This document shows, piece by piece, positions 58,246-64,000 of a DNA stretch of 64,000 nucleotides (its first letter is position 1; each line of letters starts with the position of its first letter). Below the pieces are notes generated by a model, which had not been told where the DNA came from, made no database searches, and saw only the letters and a list, made by a program, of their open reading frames with translations. The DNA comes from Bacillales bacterium (lineage in GTDB: Bacteria > Bacillota_I > Bacilli_A > RF39 > UBA660). Both the position numbers and the translations under genes were made by a program. The stretch covers positions 49,751 to 113,750 of the forward strand of contig JAEEKZ010000046.1 in NCBI GenBank assembly GCA_016288635.1, in the 5' to 3' direction.

Positions 58246-59023
58246 GTTTTTTTCCTTTCATTACAATTACACTAGCCACAATAATAGTCGCCCCGCCAAT
58301 CATAATCATAACTGGCGCTAATAATGAATTCTCTTCTTTTGCATTATTTTTAGTAGGCTTTCCTTCCTTTTCTATTCCCCTTTTTACCTTTTCTTCACGT
58401 ATTTCTGTCGAATAAGATAACAAATCTAGTTTTGTATCAAATGAACTAACAAATGGCTGGCACAAATAATATTCCTCAATATCCTTACACTCTACATAGC
58501 TATAATAAGGATTAGTTCGAGGTAACGTTAAATCAACTACTCTCAAAATTTCGTTGTAACATCCACTTTTTTCTGTACCTACAATCGTAAAAACAAACTT
58601 ATCAGTTTTAAAGGAAGTATCATACCTAAAACTATACTTTCCATTTTTTGTATCTTCATAATTTATCGATGTTGGAATCTCGTTATAAGATGTATTAGCA
58701 TGACTTACATTCACCTTGAAATTTTCGCTTATATTTAATAATTCCACAGTCAAATATTTATCTTCAACAATAGGATAATATTCTCCAGGGCTATCAAAAA
58801 AAGCCTCTTCTTCGCCGCCTTCCCTATATTTATCATAACAGGCATCTTCTACTTCACACACCTCGATGTGCGGCGTATAAATTGCTTTTACGTTGTTTGC
58901 TTCCCTTATCAACGCTCCTTTTTTATCAGCATCACATGTAGCAGCTTTAACTCTAGAACAACCTAGAAACAAAATACTAACTACCAATAAAAAAGATAAT
59001 ATTTTCATAATCTTACTTTTCAT
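58238..59023 (-). CDS. Small type-I membrane protein (module 2 small subunit)
   Basis: Signal peptide, about 210-aa ectodomain with conserved Cys (ATCDADKKGALIREANN ... YLCQPF), a C-terminal TM helix and a basic tail KGKKRD. The stop overlaps the large-gene start by 8 nt. Confidence 0.55.
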   Translation of the reverse strand: MKSKIMKILSFLLVVSILFLGCSRVKAATCDADKKGALIREANNVKAIYTPHIEVCEVEDACYDKYREGGEEEAFFDSPGEYYPIVEDKYLTVELLNISENFKVNVSHANTSYNEIPTSINYEDTKNGKYSFRYDTSFKTDKFVFTIVGTEKSGCYNEILRVVDLTLPRTNPYYSYVECKDIEEYYLCQPFVSSFDTKLDLLSYSTEIREEKVKRGIEKEGKPTKNNAKEENSLLAPVMIMIGGATIIVASVIVMKGKKRD

Positions 59024-59048
59024 TTTCTTGTCCTACCTTACTAAATTA

Positions 59049-59076
59049 ATTTTATCATAATTTTTAATTTATGCAA
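59049..59076 (-). promoter_or_regulatory. Putative promoter of module 2 (TTGCAT, 16-nt spacer, TAAAAT); duplicated upstream of module 3
   Basis: On the minus strand: TTGCAT aaattaaaaattatga TAAAAT, followed by the RBS AAGGTAGGA and ATG. An almost identical 40-nt block lies at 63880-63926. Confidence 0.35.
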
Positions 59077-59091
59077 CTTTATTATAGCAAA

Positions 59092-59124
59092 ATAAAAGAA
59101 AAAACATGAATAAATAATTCATGT
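59092..59124 (-). terminator. Rho-independent terminator after giant gene 3
   Basis: Hairpin ACATGAAT-aaata-ATTCATGT followed by a T-run on the minus strand, placed directly after the stop at 59125. Confidence 0.5.
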
Positions 59125-62100
59125 TTATTTCCAAGCTGGTCCACCTATTTTTTCCATATCTCCATCTTTAATTTTAACTATTGCACTACCATATTTTTCA
59201 CCAAATCTTTCTCCACTCGAAGATGACTGAGAAAGGAATGTTGTCCAATAATCTCCATTTGCAGTATTATCTCTAGCATTTATATCTTGAATTCTGCTAT
59301 GACTAAATGTGAAATTCGGATCATCCACATATTCATCTAAAAATGAGCTGTAGCAGAATATTTTTTCAAAAACGGTTGAACCATATACATAATCGTAACA
59401 AGTTAGAGTTGAATTGGTGTAAGATTTTTCTCTACTATTATAATCCCTGATTTTTTGAGCTAAACTAGGAGTCATAACAACTTTTAATACACCAAAATCC
59501 TTTGAAGAAGAACCAATTCCTTCAATTACAGGACTACCTTCAAAATCATTATTTGTTCCTAAATCTTTGGATACATATATTAATTCACCATACGTTTGAA
59601 TTTCATCAATAGTTAATTTTGCTTTTTCATTTAAAATAATATATTTTTGACCATAATCATCATAGGTTGCCCACGTATTCCAATTCCAATTGTATGGAAC
59701 AAATTCAATACCATTTGGATTAACAACACTTATAACATTATAGGTTGGATTTCCGCCAGGTCCTGGTGATGGTGAAGTACCAGATGGTATGCTTGTTGTA
59801 TGTACCGGTATTGGAGATACATCTAACTGATACTCTTTTGAAGTATAAATACAATCAACACACACAGGATTACAATATTGGCAGCAATCTTCTCCTAGGC
59901 ATTCTTCTTCTGTAGTCGACGTACATTCATCATCATCACACGTCGGTTCACAAGTTTTACAAGTTGTTTGATTTACTCTATAATAGCAAACATAATTATA
60001 ATCTTTTTGCTCTAATGGGAAAATAGAGTATTTTTCATTATATTTACCCAGAACAGTTTCAACATTTGTGTTTTGCTCTGCATCATAAATTCTACCAGTA
60101 GAATCCTCTCTATCAAAGTATTCTCCGATATTACTAAAATTAAATGTGAATTTATGAGGGCCATTTGACGTCTCTATTTGAACAGGTAATCCATTAAATT
60201 CAACATATTCTTCTTTTTCAAAATCACCACCATAATTTTCTCTTAAAATAACTGCTCCACTTGGATACAATGTTGCAAATATATTTGGAGATGTAAACTT
60301 ATATGTTTGTTCTATACTCTTTTTCATATATGTATAATTAACAAAATGCTGGGGGTTGGTTGTTACAGAATGATAGTGTCCTTTCTGAGGAATATCTGTA
60401 ATATAAGTAACAGAATCATCTGTACCATCTTCATCATAACATTTAATTCCGCTTCTATCATCTGAATACTTATCATCAACACAAGGTAGTATTTGAGGAT
60501 TTGTACTTATATACCACTCCCAAGAGCCATCATCATTATATGTTGTCGTTTTAGCCGTCCATTTTTCTTCTTCTGATATTGGAGCCAAATCTTGTCTTTC
60601 CATTTTAGTATATTTGCCTTCATCTAAATCTCTAATTGCATCATAATATGCCCCATCATTATTGCCATTCTCAGCATAACCATATTTATACGTAATTATA
60701 GATTCCGGTTTATAATTAAATTCGTTTGGCCAATTAATCGTACAATCCTCTATTTCTTGAATATAAGCTTGAATCTGCTTGAGAGCGTTCTCAATATTCC
60801 TATTACTAGTATCATAAGTGGATTGTATATCAGCAACATAATCTGTATAATCCTCATATGCATCGTAATTACTGCCATAACAATCTAATGTATCTTGACA
60901 TGGATAAGATTCCTCTCCAATATAATTCCATTGAGCATCATATTTAGGTCTCCAACAAGTAGTATCATAAGGTTTAGAATCAAATGTATACGTAGTATCA
61001 GTCCACGATGTTGTTGGAGAAGGAGTTAATTCACCCTTTTCTTCCACTTTAAAACTTAAATGATGTTCAGTTGATGTATCATTATCCAAACTAATTTCAT
61101 ATTTAGGATATTTGTATTTAGAAAGATTAGCTATAGCGGACGCAGTATAATAATACGAATTAATTATATAATCCTTTGGAGAACACAAATCTGTCCCATT
61201 CGACAACTCATTCTGATCGTGTTTAAACTCTTCAGTTTTTAACCACGTTAACGTTGCTAGCGCATCATTCATTGTATTAATATTATCGTTAATTATTTTA
61301 ACTTGGGTATATACATCTTCGTTAAATTTATCCAAATTAATTTCCCTTGTTTCTTTATCATCATCATTAGAAGTTGTATAACAAGTTCTCTTGGATGTAA
61401 ATTCTGCATTTAATCTAAAATATCTGCCACTATTAGCTTCTTGCATTCCTGATACAGAATATCCAAAAGGAAAAGGATCTGATCTCAATGTTCCATCATC
61501 CTCAAATTTTCCGACATCGTCTTTACAGAATACCTTACAATATCTATTATTAGGATCTATTACCTTAATATTTTGTAATGTATTCTCTGCATAATCGGTT
61601 TGTTTTGTAAGAACACATTTTATAATATCATCGTCATCTACTTCTTTATAAGTAATAAAGTTAATGCTTTCTTTATTTTCGAATTTTGTTTTTAATAACT
61701 CTCCCTTAGTTTCTCCACCATCATAACCTTCTATATCACACATTGGATCTAAATCTTTAAGCTGACATGAAGAATGGTATGAAACGGCTGGTTCACATGA
61801 AAGACACTTCTTTTTATCATCTACTTTTGTGCCCTCAGGGTCTAAATAATACTGACCATCCAAAACACAACATTTATCATAATGTTCTTCACAACAATTA
61901 GCAATATATGTTGCTATATTTACTGGAGACCTATTCCAATAATAAGTATTTCCGCTTTTACAGCATCCATCCTGATCGCATGGACAAGATTTTTTATATT
62001 CGGTTTCGCCTACTTCTCCGCCACCAACATAAAAATGGCCTTCATATTTACAACAAGTAGTTGTAGACTTACACGGGTTATTACATTTTAAATTAAAATC

Positions 62101-63075
62101 CGCTTCTGAAGACAATTCTTCTCCATTTGGGCCATAATAAGTATTGCCTACTTTTTCGCACTTATGTGCTCCTGGACATTTTTGATTAAATTCTGCCTCA
62201 GAATTTAGTACTTCGCCATTTGGACCATAATAAGTATTGCCTACTTTTTCACACTTATGTGCACCAGAACATTTTTGATTAAACTCGGCCTCAGAATTTA
62301 GCACTTCGCCATTTGGGCCATAATAAGTATTGCCTACTTTTTCACACTTATGTGCTCCTGGACATTTTTGATTAAACTCTGCTTCAGAGTTTAGTACTTC
62401 TCCGTTTGGACCATAATAAGTATTACCTACCTTTTCACACTTATGTGCTCCTGGACATTTTTGATTAAACTCTGCTTCAGAGTTTAGTACTTCTCCGTTT
62501 GGACCATAATAAGTATTACCTACCTTTTCACACTTATGCTCCTCTGTTGTAGGAACTAATGTACAATCTACAGCGTACATATTTTGAGCATCATTACGTT
62601 CAACACATATACCCAATTTATTGTCATTATATCGAGCTTTACCATAATATACAGTACATTTATTGTTGTTCATCTCATCTTTTATAGTTTTACACGGTTC
62701 TCCAGAACAACTGCCAGTTCTTGCAACTTGTCTAATTGCCGAATATACATCCCAAGTATTATAAATACCAGAACCATATTTAGCATATGCAGAATATACA
62801 AATTTAGCAAAATAATCATCAGATGTTTCTGTTAAATAATAATAATAGGGCTCACCTTTACTGTTTTTTATTTTGGCACCCTCATTAAGACACCAAGCAT
62901 ATTTACCATCAATTATAAATTTTGTAGAATTTCCAGAACCATTCATTTTAAGTTGAACACCGCAATCAGCTGCACCCAAAGCATCAACTTTAACTGGAAA
63001 CACCAGTATGAAAGCAAAGCATATTATTAATAAAAATATACATTTTATATTTTTTCTCATCTTCATTATAATCAC
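59125..63075 (-). CDS. Giant Cys-rich secreted protein (module 3 large subunit), candidate surface adhesin
   Basis: Signal peptide ...FPVKVDA. 1316 aa. Five tandem 31-aa repeats KCEKVGNTYYGPNGEVLNSEAEFNQKCPGAH. Central and C-terminal domains are homologous to the other two giants and end GGPAWK. Confidence 0.6.
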   Translation of the reverse strand: MIIMKMRKNIKCIFLLIICFAFILVFPVKVDALGAADCGVQLKMNGSGNSTKFIIDGKYAWCLNEGAKIKNSKGEPYYYYLTETSDDYFAKFVYSAYAKYGSGIYNTWDVYSAIRQVARTGSCSGEPCKTIKDEMNNNKCTVYYGKARYNDNKLGICVERNDAQNMYAVDCTLVPTTEEHKCEKVGNTYYGPNGEVLNSEAEFNQKCPGAHKCEKVGNTYYGPNGEVLNSEAEFNQKCPGAHKCEKVGNTYYGPNGEVLNSEAEFNQKCSGAHKCEKVGNTYYGPNGEVLNSEAEFNQKCPGAHKCEKVGNTYYGPNGEELSSEADFNLKCNNPCKSTTTCCKYEGHFYVGGGEVGETEYKKSCPCDQDGCCKSGNTYYWNRSPVNIATYIANCCEEHYDKCCVLDGQYYLDPEGTKVDDKKKCLSCEPAVSYHSSCQLKDLDPMCDIEGYDGGETKGELLKTKFENKESINFITYKEVDDDDIIKCVLTKQTDYAENTLQNIKVIDPNNRYCKVFCKDDVGKFEDDGTLRSDPFPFGYSVSGMQEANSGRYFRLNAEFTSKRTCYTTSNDDDKETREINLDKFNEDVYTQVKIINDNINTMNDALATLTWLKTEEFKHDQNELSNGTDLCSPKDYIINSYYYTASAIANLSKYKYPKYEISLDNDTSTEHHLSFKVEEKGELTPSPTTSWTDTTYTFDSKPYDTTCWRPKYDAQWNYIGEESYPCQDTLDCYGSNYDAYEDYTDYVADIQSTYDTSNRNIENALKQIQAYIQEIEDCTINWPNEFNYKPESIITYKYGYAENGNNDGAYYDAIRDLDEGKYTKMERQDLAPISEEEKWTAKTTTYNDDGSWEWYISTNPQILPCVDDKYSDDRSGIKCYDEDGTDDSVTYITDIPQKGHYHSVTTNPQHFVNYTYMKKSIEQTYKFTSPNIFATLYPSGAVILRENYGGDFEKEEYVEFNGLPVQIETSNGPHKFTFNFSNIGEYFDREDSTGRIYDAEQNTNVETVLGKYNEKYSIFPLEQKDYNYVCYYRVNQTTCKTCEPTCDDDECTSTTEEECLGEDCCQYCNPVCVDCIYTSKEYQLDVSPIPVHTTSIPSGTSPSPGPGGNPTYNVISVVNPNGIEFVPYNWNWNTWATYDDYGQKYIILNEKAKLTIDEIQTYGELIYVSKDLGTNNDFEGSPVIEGIGSSSKDFGVLKVVMTPSLAQKIRDYNSREKSYTNSTLTCYDYVYGSTVFEKIFCYSSFLDEYVDDPNFTFSHSRIQDINARDNTANGDYWTTFLSQSSSSGERFGEKYGSAIVKIKDGDMEKIGGPAWK
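62070..62537 (-). repeat. Five tandem 93-bp coding repeats inside giant gene 3 (the two most 3' copies identical over 93 bp)
   Basis: Direct DNA repeats with a 93-nt period seen in the sequence at 62101-62555. They encode four near-identical and one diverged 31-aa unit. Confidence 0.8.
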
Positions 63076-63872
63076 CTGTATTTCCTTTTAAGAATAATTA
63101 TGCCAGCGCCAATCAACCCCATTCCGCAAGCTGTAGCGGCAAATATATAAACATATTCGATTTTATTATCTTTATTTTTATTTTCACTATTGCTTTTATT
63201 ATTGATTCTTGTCGTTTTTTCATTTTCAACCATTTGCCACACTTCAGCTGCATTTAAATGACTAACATCAGTATTAATAAATGGCTGACACAAAAAATAG
63301 TCTTCTAATCCCTCACACCTACTAACTTGATAAAATTCATTACCTTTAGGATGAGTAAGAGTTAACTCTCTAATATGTACTCCTTCACATCCTGATTCAG
63401 CGGAACCATATATATTAATACTAAACTTTCCAACTTTATCTATAGCATCCCATTCAAAAGAATATTTATTATTTTTAAAATCACTATATACTATTTTTTG
63501 GGAATATGCAGACGATCTATTATGTTTAACTACAGCATAAAAATTTTGGGAAACATTATAAATATCTATTTCAAGATATAAATCATTAACATATGGTAAA
63601 TATCCCTCTTCTCCAGATGAAGTTGTACCATATGGAGCATCGCCATGCATTTCACCATCTTCACCTAAAAAACTATTTATTGCATCTTCATGGCATTTTT
63701 CTCCTGGATAACATATTTCAACATGAGGAACATATGAAACCCTAATATTTTGTGCTTCTCTAATCAAAGCCGCTTTTTCATCAGCAGTACATTCTGCATA
63801 TACATTTGTTGCAAACAAAGCAACAAAAACAGTTAATATAATTAATAAAAATTTCTTAGATAATTTAGTCAT
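63072..63872 (-). CDS. Small type-I membrane protein (module 3 small subunit)
   Basis: Signal peptide, ectodomain with ECTADEKAALIREAQN ... YFLCQPF, a C-terminal TM helix and a KRKYR tail. The stop overlaps the large-gene start (ATGA). Confidence 0.55.
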   Translation of the reverse strand: MTKLSKKFLLIILTVFVALFATNVYAECTADEKAALIREAQNIRVSYVPHVEICYPGEKCHEDAINSFLGEDGEMHGDAPYGTTSSGEEGYLPYVNDLYLEIDIYNVSQNFYAVVKHNRSSAYSQKIVYSDFKNNKYSFEWDAIDKVGKFSINIYGSAESGCEGVHIRELTLTHPKGNEFYQVSRCEGLEDYFLCQPFINTDVSHLNAAEVWQMVENEKTTRINNKSNSENKNKDNKIEYVYIFAATACGMGLIGAGIIILKRKYR

Positions 63873-63898
63873 AATTTATACCTTACCTTACTAAATTA

Positions 63899-63926
63899 AT
63901 TTTATCATAATTTTTAATTAATGCAA
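63899..63926 (-). promoter_or_regulatory. Putative promoter of module 3 (TTGCAT, 16-nt spacer, TAAAAT)
   Basis: Same sequence block as at 59049-59076. It is followed by the RBS AAGGTAAGGTA and the ATG at 63872. Confidence 0.35.
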
Positions 63927-64000
63927 TGTTCTCAATACTATTTTTATTGGATTTCCTGGCATAAAAAAATCCCATATATAATATGGAATTTATAAAATTT

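Noticed and set aside
53815-63872. Mobile element or prophage origin of the accessory blocks.
   Set aside because: No integrase, transposase, recombinase, phage structural genes or flanking direct repeats are visible in the window. The only tRNA (Cys at 10241-10317) is not adjacent to any of the blocks.
1-64000. CRISPR arrays or rRNA genes.
   Set aside because: None are present. The only short-period direct repeats are the 93-bp coding repeats inside giant gene 3.

Overview
This is a low-GC, monoderm Firmicute-type chromosomal window. Almost all genes are on the minus strand. The housekeeping backbone is interrupted by three accessory blocks that look like a linked cell-surface apparatus.

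Housekeeping backbone, all called with reasonable confidence:
- rplS and htpG, with a near-perfect CIRCE/HrcA operator upstream of htpG.
- The dcw genes murG, murB and divIB/ftsQ, then tRNA-Cys and rpoZ.
- The cdsA-rseP-ppiB group.
- sepF and a DivIVA-domain gene.
- glmM-like, ftsK and trmL on the plus strand.
- murD.
- thiI, two plsC genes, an acyl-CoA ligase, gpmI, a cysteine desulfurase and ezrA.

Accessory block 1: three paralogous modules of a small type-I membrane protein followed by a giant (1300-1500 aa) Cys-rich secreted protein.
- Two modules lie in tandem at 53815-63872 with near-identical promoter/leader regions.
- The third, at 2703-7373, is inserted between divIB and htpG and has the two partners fused in-frame.
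- The giant proteins share an N-terminal AIRxxxRxGSC domain, 30-aa CxxxGxxYYGxxG repeats (five near-identical 93-bp tandem copies in one paralog), a CPxC/CxxC cysteine knot, and a conserved C-terminal domain ending ...GGP(S/A)W(K/R).
- I do not recognise the family.

Accessory block 2: a Tad/Flp-like pilus locus at 44940-53685, immediately downstream of the tandem modules.
- It encodes a CpaF/TadA ATPase, TadB and TadC, three tandem CpaB-like paralogs and a TadZ-like protein.
- It also has four small 'MKE...' membrane proteins; two are non-canonical Cys-rich pilin candidates.

Accessory block 3: an 11-gene operon at 27028-36196.
- Two intact SipW (ER-type) signal peptidases and one degenerate copy.
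- Five TasA/camelysin-like proteins carrying SipW-cognate signal peptides.
- An embedded membrane-anchored McrB-family GTPase and its partner.
- A sixth TasA-like orphan sits at 13513-14232.

No rRNA, CRISPR, transposase or integrase genes were seen.
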